Assembly (NCBI GenBank): GCA_951406725.2
Contig: OX597821.1
Coordinates: 64,170,001 to 64,234,000, forward strand
Direction: 5' to 3'
Origin: Octopus vulgaris
Lineage: Eukaryota
DNA length: 64,000 bases
The translations under genes were made by a program, and so were the position numbers. Positions 1 to 12,690 of this stretch are shown here, in pieces. The notes under the pieces are model-generated. The model was given only the letters and a program-made list of their open reading frames with translations, searched no databases and was not told where the DNA came from. Every line of letters starts with the position of its first letter. Within the stretch, counting starts at the first letter, position 1.

Positions 1-366
1 CACTGGGGTCGATATAATCGACCCTCCCTTTTCCCAAAATGTCAGGCCTTGTATCTATAGTAGAAAGGATTATATATAAAAAGCACATTAACTGAAGAAG
101 GTCACTCAGTACATTTAAGCAGTTCATCATATTATTTATATTTTCGTTTTCAACCTTATCATTGCAAATATTATAAAACTACATATGCAGTGCCGTTAAG
201 TCGCGAGTTCGGTTTCCGGATTGAGCAGCGACATGTATCCCTTCGGAAGTCACTTCATTTTACGTTGGTCCAGTTCATAAAGCAGTAAGTAACTTGTGGT
301 GGCCAAACCTTTATCAGACTATCAGACAGGCATCGCTTGCAGGGAGCCACTAAAAGCCGCTAATTC

Positions 367-367
367 A

Positions 368-448
<81 letters not shown>

Positions 449-680
449 GTCTGTCTATCTGTCTGTCTATCTTTCTACCTATCTATCTATCTATCTCTCT
501 ATCTATCTATCTAACTATTTATCTATCTGTCTGTCTGTCTATCTTTCTATCTATCTATCTATCTATCTATCTAACTATCTACCAATCTATTTGTCTTTGT
601 CTGTCTGTCTATCTCTCTGTCTATCTATCTACACACACACACACACACACACACATACACACACACATACACACACACAC
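367..680. repeat. (TATC)n/(TGTC)n followed by (CA)n microsatellite
   Basis: Directly visible tandem tetra- and dinucleotide repeats. Confidence 0.97.
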
Positions 681-1139
681 AAACCGGCATTTCATCCGCC
701 TCACGTTCTAATTTCAAATTCTGCTGAGGTCAACTTTGCCTTCCATTCTATCAGAGTGAATAAAATAAACACCATTTGAACACTGAGGTCGATGTGACCG
801 ACTTATTCCCTCATCCGAAATTTCAGTATTTGGAAGCTGAAATTTTCACGAAATGAAAGCAAAAAAAAAAAAAAAAAAATTAGGAGGAGGAATTTTTATT
901 AAATAAACGAAAGCGAAGCATTACGACGACCAAAGTACTTTTGAAGTTTTATTGAATAAAGTCATGCGAAGCTGTCGAACGGACATGTAAATAATTCAAG
1001 AAGGGAAAAAGAAATCCCTAACGAAGTTTTTTGACGAATACTTACACAAATCTGTCCTAATTAAGAGGCCTATCTGTAGAGGAAGTTATGCTCTGACATG
1101 GAATAAATAAAAATTTATATGAGACATTCTATTGTAAAA

Positions 1140-1176
1140 ATTACCTGGCAACGACGGGCTATTCACCTAAAGCTAA
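1140..1176 (+). mobile_element. Possible degenerate Helitron 3' terminus
   Basis: cctggcaacgacggg followed by gctaat resembles the hairpin plus CTAG end of the Helitrons at 28028 and 31033, with mismatches. Confidence 0.35.
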
Positions 1177-1203
1177 TATATATATATATATATTTATTTA
1201 TTT

Positions 1204-1335
1204 ATTTATTTTATAGAAGGAGCTTCTACAGGACTAGAACTGTTTCATTCAAATGAAATCATCAGGAAGCTTCCTGATGATTTCATTTGAATGAAACAGT
1301 TCTAGTCCTGTAGAAGCTCCTTCTATAAAATAAAT
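1204..1335. repeat. Perfect spacer-less 132-bp palindrome (Penelope-like pLTR inversion)
   Basis: Arms are reverse complements about the centre AAG|CTT (1269/1270); embedded between TA-rich tracts. Confidence 0.93.
1268..1318 (+). ncRNA. Type I hammerhead ribozyme motif (mirror copy on the minus strand at 1221-1271)
   Basis: Stem I agcttc/gaagct; core CTGATGA (1274-1280); stem II ttc-attt-gaa with a non-canonical U.U first pair; GAAA (1293-1296); stem III ACAG/CTGT; cleavage triplet GTA (1310-1312). Confidence 0.65.
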
Positions 1336-1403
1336 TAATTTACTCTGCTATGTATTGAGTACCTTATTTACTGTGGTTAACCCCGACTCAACCCGGGACC
1401 TAC

Positions 1404-1442
<39 letters not shown>

Positions 1443-1670
1443 TTACATTGTGTATAAACTCTATATTTGAAAGGACCCATTTTAAACTCTGTTGGACTTT
1501 TGAACTTTACTCATAGGGTATTGGAATATTACATATATACCATTCTTCCTAAAAAATGGATTTACAACCTCAATATCCATACATATCTTGCATCTATTTT
1601 CTTTCCTCCACCTCACTCTCTATTTTGTATCACATCTAAACTAACTATGACTTAACCATCCTCTCACACC

Positions 1671-1722
1671 GTCTCCGATGAAGGTATATAATTAATAAAT
1701 ATCATAGAAACAGCTGTAAGAC
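1671..1722 (+). ncRNA. Degenerate minimal hammerhead motif
   Basis: Stem I gtct/agac; variant core CCGATGA; GAAA-CAGCT-GTA with palindromic stem III ACAGCTGT; stem II poorly paired. Confidence 0.5.
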
Positions 1723-1796
1723 CGTCAATCTATAAATGTTCTAATATCTACACAGCCTTGGGTTTTTATCTCATTACGCAAAAAATTCTAATATAC

Positions 1797-1841
<45 letters not shown>

Positions 1842-3409
1842 ATGTGATAAATAATATATATATAGTATATATATATAATATATGTGTGTGTCTACATATA
1901 TGTCTACATGCCTCTTTGTCTGGCTGTCTGTCTGTATGTATGTACGTGTTTGTATTTATATATGAGGTATCATTTTTTTGTTGTTAGTTGTATGGATTAT
2001 TGTTAGAAAGATTTATAGTTTTACTAGTTTTGCGTGGTAGCCATTTCGAGTGCTTTCACTACCTTTGAACATGAAAGAAAAACAAAAACAAACCATAATA
2101 AAACGAAGAAACAAACAAAAACAAAAACAAAAAAAACAAAAGTTTCCATCATGTCGTGTGTTCAGCTTCTAAATCAATAATTTTATAATCCATCACTTGT
2201 TGTTACGTGTCCTTGACTGAACTTCGATTACTTTATTCAAATAACTCAATCGATTAGATTCGTTGGGAAGCAATTTATCTATTTATTTCTTTTTTATCTC
2301 TTACTTGTTTCAGTCACTGAACTATGGTCATGTCGGGGCAACGCCATGATGAGCTTAGTTGAACGAATCGACCCCAGTGCTTAAGTCTCTTTCTGCCGAA
2401 CCGCTCGGTCACAGGAAGGTAAACAAACCGTCACCAGTTGTCAAACGGTAGTGTGGAACAAACATAGTGTCACATATGGTTGTGTGTATGTTTGTATGTA
2501 TGTTTGTGTGTATGTATGTATGTATGTATGTATGTATGTATGTATGTATGTATGTATGTATGTATGTATTGTTGAAAACTTCGTAAGGAGCTTTCTGGTG
2601 GGGCAGGACCTGATAGAATCGGCCTGTACTGGAACTCATCATTGGCCTCTGGAGGTGGTGGCGCTAGTGATAAAAGAAGATGATTTCCTTCGAATAACTG
2701 AGTGCTTTTCGAAGAAAGATTTCAATTATTTTGTTTGGAGGCCCAAAGTGCGGCTGCACCGTTACCAGGAGGCCGCAAGAGAATTGGTGACTCAGTAAAG
2801 TGTAAGAGGTTTATTGCCTCATTTTTGTGTGAAAGACAAAAGATTTGTTAAATTAAAGTAAGAAGTTTAATACCTCATTTTGTGTTTAAAAAAAAAAGAA
2901 TAATGTATTAGAGAAGCAAAACTCGGCGGGCGTTTTTGTCTTCTCTCATCAATATTATTTTAATCTTTTTTATCATTCATCTCATTAATGTACCTGTCCA
3001 ACCCGCAAAGCTACTCTGTGTAATGCCTTAATGGCAAAATTTTGAAATAATGTATGTAATGTATGTATGTATGTATGTATGTATGTATGTATGTATGTAT
3101 ATTCGACGGGCTTCCGTCTGTCAAATCCATTCGCTATACTTTGGTTGGCACGAGACTATAGTAGAAGATAGGAGCCCAATGTATGTATGTATGTATGTAT
3201 ATTCGACGGTCTTCCGTCTGTCAAATCCATTCGCTAAACTTTGGTAGGCACGAGACTATAGTAGAAAACAGGAGCCCAATGTGCCATGCAATAGGACTGA
3301 ACCAAGAACCATGTAATTTGTAAGAAAACGACTTGCCACATAGCCACGCTTGCACCTATTTTCACAGTCGCGCCTATTTTCTTATGTTCTGTATTCCTTT
3401 AATAATGGT

Positions 3410-4745
3410 TTTAAATTTTAGCCCCAAACCAAAATGGACGGACGAAATGCGCTAAGCATTTTGTCCGGTATGGTAACGACTCTGCCAGCTCGCCACCTTC
3501 TATATTCCTTTAATAGTCCTTTCTGCTGTAGGCACAAGACCTGAAATTTGGGGGAAAAGAGATATAGTCGCTTTCATCGACTCTAGCACTTGGTTGGTAT
3601 TTATTTTATCGACCCCGAAAAGATGAAAGGCTTCCTCAGAATTTGAACTCAGAATGTGATGAGGGACGAAATGCCGTAACGCAATTTGACCGGCGTGCTT
3701 CAAAATTCTGCCTGCTCGTCGCCTTCTGTATTCCTTTAATAATCCTTTCTACTCTAGGCACAAGGCCTGAAATTTGGGAGAGGGGATGAGTCGATTACAT
3801 CGACCCCGTACTTCACTGGTACTGAATTTATCAGCCCCGAAAGAATGAAAGCAAAATCTATCTCGGTGGAATTTGAACTCAGAACATAGCAGCAGACGAA
3901 ATATCGCTAAGCATTTCATCCAACGTGTTAACGATTCTGCCAGCTCGTAGCCTTCTGTATTACTTTAATAAACATTTCTACTATAGGCACAAAGCCTGAA
4001 ATTTGGTGAGAGGCAGCCAGTCGATTAGATCGACCCCAGTACGCAACTGGTACTTAATTTATCGATCGTGAAAGGATGAAAGGCAAAGTCGACTTCGGTG
4101 GAATTTGAACTCAAAACGTAACGGCAGACGAAATACCTATTTGTTTACTACCCACAAGGGGCTAAACACAGAGAGGACAATCAAGGACAGACAAACGGAT
4201 TAAGTCGATTATATCGACTCCAGTTCGTAACGGGTACTTAATGTATTGACCCCGAAAGGATGAAAGGTAAAGTCAACCTCGGCGGAATTTGAACTCAGAA
4301 CGTAGCGGCAGACGAAATACCTATTTCTTTATTACTCACAAGGGGCTAAACACAGAGAGGAGAAACAAGGATAGACACACGGATTAAGTCGATTATATCG
4401 ACCCCAGTGCGTAACTGGTACTTATTTAATTGACCCCGAAAGGATGAAAGGCAAAGTCAACCTTGGCGGATTTTGAACTCAGAACGTAACGACAGACGAA
4501 ATACTGCTAAGAATTTCGCCCGGCGTGCTAACGTTTCTGCCAGATCACCGCCTTTGTATTCTTTCAATAATGGTAATCATTTATCGTCTGTCTTTACGTT
4601 CTGAGTTCAAATTCTGCCAAGGTCGACTTTGCCTTTCATCCTTTCAGGGACGATAAATTAAGCACCAGTTGCGTACTAAGATCGACCTAATCGACTGGCC
4701 CCACCTCCACCCAAATTTCGGGCCTTGTGGCTAGAGTAGAAAAAA
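3410..4745. mobile_element. Cluster of tandem/nested SINE family B copies
   Basis: Repeated gaccccgaaaggatgaaaggcaaagtcgac...ggaatttgaactcagaac...ctgccagctcgcc units; B-box-like GAGTTCAAATTCC on the opposite strand; last copy (4580-4745) inverted. Confidence 0.88.
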
Positions 4746-5303
4746 ATAACGAGAATCATTTTAGTTGTTTGTAGAGAGATGGCGACACATAATAGTTATT
4801 TAATATTATCTGCTTTAGTGTAAATCTACAATGATTTTTATTAGTTTTGTCGCTCTCCTGTATCTGATTTGATAAGCTATGTAGCAATATTAGACCGATA
4901 TGCTGGTTACAATTAACCACAGCATGAGGAAGCCTCAGATAACTCTGGCCAAATTTCAAAGTATCATTTGGTGGGTTAATTTATAATTAATGTTGAACAA
5001 CTTTGCTCACTTGGGCATGGTTATATGATATTTAATAATTTTCTTCCTAAGCTTCAGAGAGAGAGAGAGAGAGAGCGGGAAGAGAAAGAGAGAAAGAAAC
5101 AGAGAGAGAGACAGCGAGACAAATAGAAACAGAGATAGACAGGCAGAGAGAGAGAGAGAGAGAGAGATAGAGACTCTAAAATACAACAGCATGAAGTTAT
5201 TCATATGCATGTATATAAATAAGCATACATATACAAATATACACGCACACATATACATACACATGCGTATATATACACTCTCGCACATGTCCATAATATC
5301 TAT

Positions 5304-5342
<39 letters not shown>

Positions 5343-5596
5343 TGTTTTCATGCATACAAAAAATGTATTCACACAAGTACAGGTATAGCGGTATAGATAA
5401 AAGGCTCTCTTTGCCACCACCTGGTTGCGGGTTCAGTTCTCACTGTGCGGCACCTTGGGTGAGTGTCTTCTGCTACAGCCCCGGGCCGACCAACACCGTG
5501 TTGGTAAATTTAGTGGATAGAAACTGTGTGGAAGCCCCTCTCAAATACAAATATGGTGTGTTTGTGTGTGTGTATATGGTAGACAAACTGAAAGAA

Positions 5597-5826
5597 GTGG
5601 AGGTGCGTGGCTTAGTGATTAGGGCGTCAGCATCATGATCGTAAGATTGTGGTTCCGATTCCTGGACCGGGCGACGCGTTGTGTTCTTGAGCAAAACACT
5701 TCATTTCACGTTGCTCCAGTTCACTCAGCTGGCAAAAATGAGTACTGCTGCGATGGACTGGCGTCCCGTCCATTGAAACCAGGAAACCGGGCTCATGAGC
5801 CCGGCTAGGCTTTAAAAGGGCGCATT
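5597..5826 (+). mobile_element. tRNA-headed SINE family C
   Basis: A box TGGCTTAGTGA and B box GGTTCCGATTCC, then the conserved gtgttcttgagcaaaacact...gttgctccagttcactcagctg body; related copies near 11050-11330, 18951-19265, 37235, 44655, 58480-58815 and 60115-60365. Confidence 0.82.
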
Positions 5827-5868
5827 TACTTATTTTTTTAAACTGAAAGAAGCGCACCGTTTAGCTAT

Positions 5869-5932
<64 letters not shown>

Positions 5933-6131
5933 ATTTATATTCAGTTTTCTACCTTCCGTTATAGATTATTAAGCTTACTACCTCTATTCCCCGTACCACG
6001 GCTAACATTCCAGTTCTCCATATTTTACCAACATTTTATTTTTATCTTCCCGATGAACTTTTACTAATCCCATGTTTTGGCCGCTTTAACCAGTGCATTT
6101 CCTCTTTATCTCTCCTCTCTATGACTTATCA

Positions 6132-6375
6132 TCTCTCTATATATAAAACTGAGAATGTGTGTCTGTCTGTGTGTTTCCCTAAAACTTGAGAACTACACAA
6201 CCAATTTCATTCAAATTTTACACATGCCTTACTTAGGGTCCATGTAGTGTCATGGGCAAAAAAAAAATGTTTAACTTCTTGCCTAGAGCGAGCCCATAGC
6301 AATATCATATCTTCTCCACTATTTCAGTATTACGTGTTAAAAGTGAAACAAAAACATCTCTGTATTGTATGTATA
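6132..6375 (+). mobile_element. Non-autonomous Helitron 5' fragment
   Basis: Starts A|TCTCTCTATATATAAAA-CTGAGAATGTGTGTCTGTCTG and has an AACCAATTTCATTCAAATTT motif, both resembling the 5' end of the element ending at 31416 (minus); breaks off at a (TA)n tract. Confidence 0.55.
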
Positions 6376-6377
6376 TG

Positions 6378-6431
<54 letters not shown>

Positions 6432-6471
6432 AAATATCAGAGTGAGTTATCAACAGTAGCAGAAACACATC

Positions 6472-6703
6472 GTGATGAAATATGCCATTTGAATATGGCT
6501 AACCCCTAAGTGGATGTACTGTAGTTTTTAGCCCCGAAGGATCTCTCAGGCTATAGACACATTCGTGCCCTATCAGTATTTGCAAATACTGATAGGGCAC
6601 AGAAAGTGTGTCTATAGCCAGCTGGAGGAGATGTCTTCCTGGGGCTAAAAACTACAGTAGCATCCATCCTTAGGGGTTAGCCATATTCAAATGGCATATT
6701 TAC

Positions 6704-6708
<5 letters not shown>
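6472..6708. repeat. Imperfect ~237-bp palindrome between (TA)n tracts
   Basis: Arms are reverse-complementary about TTTG|CAAA (6582/6583) with indels. Confidence 0.9.
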
Positions 6709-6746
<38 letters not shown>

Positions 6747-6998
6747 TTACAAAATATAAAGTTATATCTTGAGATCACACACATAGAGAACTATGCTATT
6801 TGTTTATATACCTTTCTTCTTAACTCCTGTGCCTTTTACTCGGCTTCATCTCGTGCTCTTTGTCTTTTTTACGTATTTTATTTCTTCCGACATCACGCTT
6901 CTCCCACAACATTCGAGTCTCCAGTCACATGATGCTACACAATGAATATAGATTTTCTTTCTTATCATTTACCCCTCGACATAGTTTCTCTAGTTTAA

Positions 6999-7053
<55 letters not shown>

Positions 7054-8452
7054 TAGAAAGAAGGACATGCGTCCTATCCATTTCGCTTGCCTTTAATTTT
7101 TTGCATTAGTTTTAATTTTTCCAACCGATGACATCATTAAGTATTTTACTATTTAATTTTTATGGCTTATTCAAATAAGGGAGAGCAACATATATGACTG
7201 TTGTCAATGCTTTCAAGACTGACAAGAGGAAGTTCTCTTCTGAAATGAGACCCGGCCTGAAGTTTTGCAGCTTAGCGAGTTACGCCAAAGGCATCCAGGG
7301 ACCTAATGGTGGTGTCAGGCTAAGAAACGGTTTAATTTTACGAACCAAGAACCACAACGGATCACGCTGATGACCTTCCACACAGTTTCCATCTATGAAA
7401 TTTTACTTACAAAACTGGTCAACTCGAGCTTATGGTTATAGACACCTATTCAAAAGGCCATGAAGTCCGATGGAACTCAAAACCATGTATCTACGAAGCG
7501 AACCACTCTTAACTGCCCAAGTTATGCCTGATAATCAATTAACAACCAATCAGATTGGTAGAATTTGAAATGAGAAACACAGAGCGAAGAAGAATTGGAT
7601 GGTACAGGGTATCTTGACTATTCATCACCAATACATGTGTAAGAGTGATACGAGTGTGTGTGTGTGTATGTGTGTGTTTGTGTGTGTGTGTGCATGTTTG
7701 TGTATGTGTGTGTGTGTTTGTGTGTGAGTAGTCAATATCTATTTTATAGAAGAAAAACATGAGAAATTAGTCTTCCTGTCAGCCAAGCTGGAGACACGCT
7801 ATCGATTCATATGGTTCTGTTTCATTTCACATTTTTAGTTGTTGTTATACAGAAAACAAAATCATGCTATGAACGTGATCTCCCAAAAATACAAGCAGGG
7901 GCGACTGATAAAACTCGTTAAACTATTGGATAAAACGTTTGCAGTATGAAGATATGGTTCATTACACTGTGAGTTCAAATCCTGCCACGGTCGAATTTAC
8001 ATTTAATCTTGTCTTGGTCGATAAAAAGTAGTAATCAAGTACTGGTTTGATTTAATGTTCTATAAAGCTTGAATGAAATTATTATAGTAGATATTTTATA
8101 TAGCAATCAGAATAACAAACCCATGGCTAAATAACTCTGTTGAATGGTTAGAATATTTTACTTGTTTTAGTATTTGGACTGTGGCCATGCAAGAGCACCA
8201 CCTCGAAAGGGCTTGGTCGAACAAATCAACTTCGGTAAATTATTTTAGAGTCTAGTATTTATTTTATTGGTTTCTTTTGCCGAACCGCTAGGCTACTATG
8301 ACGTTAATAAACGAACACCTGTTGTCAAGCGATTGTGGAGAAGTAAAAACATAAAGACAAACACACACAGAAATGTATGCATACATATATGTGTGGGGGG
8401 CGGGTATACGTATATATATGTATATATATGTATATATATGTGTATATATATG

Positions 8453-8483
<31 letters not shown>

Positions 8484-8589
8484 GTGTATATATATATTTC
8501 CCTTCTGCCTGCTACTGCTTGCTACTACTAGCCATCGTCCACCATACACACACAAACACACACACGCACACACCCTTGTCATCTCGCAC

Positions 8590-8885
8590 ACCTTTTTTTA
8601 CCATTCCTTCTCTGATTCAGCTCTTTTGTTTTTAAAAAACACTTTTCCTTCCTTTTGACCACTTCCGTCCTTTTAGTATGTGACCTCGTGTAGACTACCT
8701 GCTATTTTTTTTCCTCTGTCCTCCCGTCTTGGGTTGTTTCTTTCTCCTATGTTTCCGGCGAAGAGCTCCGCTCGAAACGTCAAGCCCTCCTTCTTCCCTT
8801 CTCTCCTGAGCGTCCAATAATACTTTATTTGTTCCACATCCTTGCGTTGTTGTTTTTGTTTTTTTTGTTTTCTTGTTTGGATTAA
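8590..8885 (+). mobile_element. Penelope-like pLTR remnant with degenerate hammerhead
   Basis: CCGGCGA-agagctccgctc-GAAACGTC at 8755-8781; same family on the minus strand at 47560-47800 with an intact CTGATGA, and a related copy near 11931-11958; partial inverted copy at 9225-9280. Confidence 0.55.
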
Positions 8886-8887
8886 CT

Positions 8888-9165
8888 TTATATGTATATA
8901 TATATGTATATATATGTGTATATATATATATATATGTGTATATATATAAGTAAAAATATGTATATATATATATGTATATATATGTGTATATATATATATG
9001 TATATATATGTGTATATATATATATGTATATATATGTGTATATATATATATGTATATATATGTGTATATATATGTATATATATATGTATATATATGTGTA
9101 TATATATATGTATATATGTGTATATATATGTGTATATATATGTATATATATGTTTATACACACAG

Positions 9166-9226
<61 letters not shown>
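8888..9226. repeat. Complex (TA)n/(TATG)n microsatellite
   Basis: Directly visible; source of the IYIY/YICV pseudo-ORFs. Confidence 0.97.
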
Positions 9227-9228
<2 letters not shown>

Positions 9229-9280
9229 CCAAACATGAACAAAGAGAAAACATTACAGCGCGAGGACATTGAACAAGTAT

Positions 9281-9350
<70 letters not shown>

Positions 9351-9716
9351 TGTATGTATGTATGTATGTATGTATCCTGTGATCGATCAAATTATCTGAT
9401 GTTATACATCGCTCGTCACAACGGGCTTGCATTGTTTTAGCTTTCGAATGATGTTACCCCTCTGGCCAAGAGAACAGGCCAACATGAAAGCCTGATCGGA
9501 AAACTAGTCGTCACATGGTTATCCTTGAACAGATGAGTGAACTGGAGCAACGTGAAATAAAGTGTCTTGCTCAAGAACACAATGCACCTCTCGGTCTTGA
9601 AATCGAACCCACATTCAAGCGATTGTGAATGCAACACGCTCCTTCTCACACACACACACATACACACACTGACTCACGCACACACATACACACACACGCA
9701 TATATAAATATGTATG

Positions 9717-9840
<124 letters not shown>

Positions 9841-10379
9841 GTGTATATGTATACGTGTGTGTATATATATAAATTCATGTATAAATATGTGTGTATATAT
9901 ATATATATATATTTGTATATGTGTACATATATAGATATATCAACGACGAGCTTCCCCACAGTTTCCGTCTACCAAATTCCCTATCAAGGCATTGGTTACC
10001 CGGGTGGATCTATAGTAGAAGACACTTGCCCAAGGTGCCACGCAGCGAAGGTAAACTCGAGATCACGCTGTTGCAAAATGATCTTCTTAACCACACACAC
10101 ACCCATGTCTGCAACAATAGTGGCCCAGAAGCTGCTGGCATTTGATAATATGTACTTTACTCTGTATCCATTGGTTGAGAGTGCATGCGGTTGATGTCTT
10201 TCTAAAAGTTATCCTTCTTGTGTTGTAAGTTCCGTAAACCATCTGGTCTCGGGAAGAGCAATGAAGATTTCATTTTCAAATTATGATATAGAGTAGGCGA
10301 GTGGTGAATATCTGTCACTGTCTGTCTGTCAGTCTGTCTGTTTCTCTCTCTCTCTCTCTCTCTCGCTATATATATATAT

Positions 10380-10412
<33 letters not shown>

Positions 10413-10483
10413 GAGACAGATAGATAAATAGACAGAGAAATAGCTAACTATCTATCAATCTCTCTCTCTCTCTCTCTCTCTCT

Positions 10484-10556
<73 letters not shown>

Positions 10557-10589
10557 GATAGATCTCTTTTCTCTCTCAGATAGACAGAG

Positions 10590-10855
10590 TTTGAAAGCAA
10601 GTCTGTAGAGCCCAGTTGAGAATCACTTGCTACGAAGCCATCTCCGACTTTGAGCCAAGGTTAACACTCTGAACATAGAAAAAAAGCCTAGGAAAGAGCT
10701 GGGTCCATCTACTCCCAAGTGACGGAGAGACCTTACTGCAACGTCTGCAACCGGATCTGCAAGTCCTGGATAAGCCTGGATTCCCACATGAGATAACAAG
10801 GCAAACCATCGAGCTGTGTCTTACTGAGCTCTCATTCGTCGAGGCGATGATAGAG
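10590..10855 (+). mobile_element. RTE-clade LINE 3' fragment (decayed)
   Basis: Encodes ...YCNVCNRICKSWISLDSHMR*, matching the C-terminal CxxC...SRIGLxSH zinc motif of RTE/BovB-like ORFs. Confidence 0.7.
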
Positions 10856-11967
10856 TCGTATAACCTACTAGAGAAACTCTTCTTACATCTAAAGTACTGT
10901 GCCTGCTTACAAAGGAGATTTCTTCGAACTTACATCTAAGTGAATTGAACTGTTACGGAAATTGCCTTGGGTACGGATACGTTGTCGACAATATGTAGCA
11001 TAACATTGATGCGAACTATTGGCATCACTCTTGCTGGTACTCTGTCAGATACGATGACAAGTGTTCCAGTTGATCCGATCAGCAGGAGAGCCTGCTCGTG
11101 AAATTAACGTGAAAGTGGCTGAGCACTCCACAAACACTCGTACACTTAACATAGTTTTTAGGAAGATTCGGTATGACACAGAATTGGACAAGATGGCCCT
11201 TTGATCTACATGTACAGCTCATATTTTTTGCCAGCTGAGGTGGACTGGAGCAACCTGAAATAAAGTGTCTCGCTCAAGAACACAACGTGCCACCGGGGAC
11301 CGAACTCACGGCCTTACGATCCTGAACCGAACACTTGTCGACAATTCTATAGTCTAATTGGCCCTGTTAAACTATCAATCCAGCCCTGCAGGCTCTAGTT
11401 AGCCAAGTTTCAAGAATAATCAGACAATCAAAAATTTCAAGAAAGCTGACAGAAGAAATATGATAAATTTCATAATCATATTATTAATAAGTTGGCAGGG
11501 AACCTTAGGTATTCTCTCTCTCATCCTTGTACATGATTTCCTTCTGTCATGGACCGTCCTATAACGAGCACGACAAGCATTTCTCCTGAGAATCTCCTTG
11601 CCAATTGTACGCACTATTGTCACCGGAATGCATTCTTCGCCACCTGAAAATGATGGAAGGTGAGGTCACTTCTAGATTGATTCAGTGCCAGGTACGTAAA
11701 GCATTATCATATTTGCTACCACTCACAAGCCGTTCTAATTCAAGCCGTTTTAAAATCGTTCATATATATATATATATATATTCAACACATATTCAACACT
11801 CCCCAAACAATATATATATATATATATTCAACAATATATTCGATTTAACATGTGAAAACTTTAATCCAGACAGGATTCTTTTCTCTCTCCGTTTTTTGAC
11901 CTCTCCGTTGTTGTCTTTCCACATTCCTTTCTGTAGAACAGCGTACAATCCAAACGTCAGTCTTATC

Positions 11968-12690
11968 CATTTTCCCTGCGCATCAAATTAATACACATTG
12001 TTTGTTGTTCCCTTTCCTATCTTGTCTTTTATTTTGGGAATTTTTGTACATTTTGTACTATATAAATAACAAAAATGTACAGGTGTCAATTCATTACACC
12101 CGTTTCAAGCGACTCTTTTAATTGATTAAAGAAAGCATTACATCATTTGAAAGAAACCTTTCTCGTCAGATGACCGGATAGACTTCAAACATAAAGGATA
12201 TAACCATTTCCTTAACATATTCACGTCAATGATGGAGCTCAAAATATTTACATTGTTTCTTTTGTCGTGTGTGTGTGTGTGTGTGTGTGTGCGTGTGTGT
12301 GTGTGTGTGTGTTGAATATTTTGAGTTCTATTATTGATGTAAATATGTTAAGGAAATGCTTGTATCCTCTATGTTTGAAGTCTATGCGGCCATCTGACGA
12401 GAACGGTTTCTTTCATATGATGTAATGTTTTCTTTAATCAATTAAAATAGTCGCTTGAAACGGGTGTAATGAATTGACACCTGCACATTTTTGTTATTTA
12501 TTTATATAGTACAAAACGTACAAAAATCCCCAAAATAAAAGACAAGATAGGAAAGGGAACAACAAACAATGTGTATTAATTTGATGCGCAGGGAAAATGT
12601 AATGTTTTCTTTAATCAATTAAAAGAGTCGCTTGAAACGGGTGTAATGAATTGGCACCTGTACATTTTTGTTACTTATTTATATTTTATT
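11968..12690. repeat. ~280-bp inverted repeat around a (GT)n spacer, plus a partial third copy
   Basis: 11968-12250 is the reverse complement of 12313-12598 with scattered mismatches; 12599-12690 repeats part of the right arm. Confidence 0.92.

Noticed and set aside
7194-7370. ~58-aa plus-strand ORF (MTVVNAFKTDKRK...) in non-repetitive sequence
   Set aside because: Short, no recognisable domain, and runs into a decayed SINE.
11410-11750. Possible decayed mariner C-terminus
   Set aside because: Only a vague SDLTFHHF resemblance; no convincing catalytic motif or TIR.
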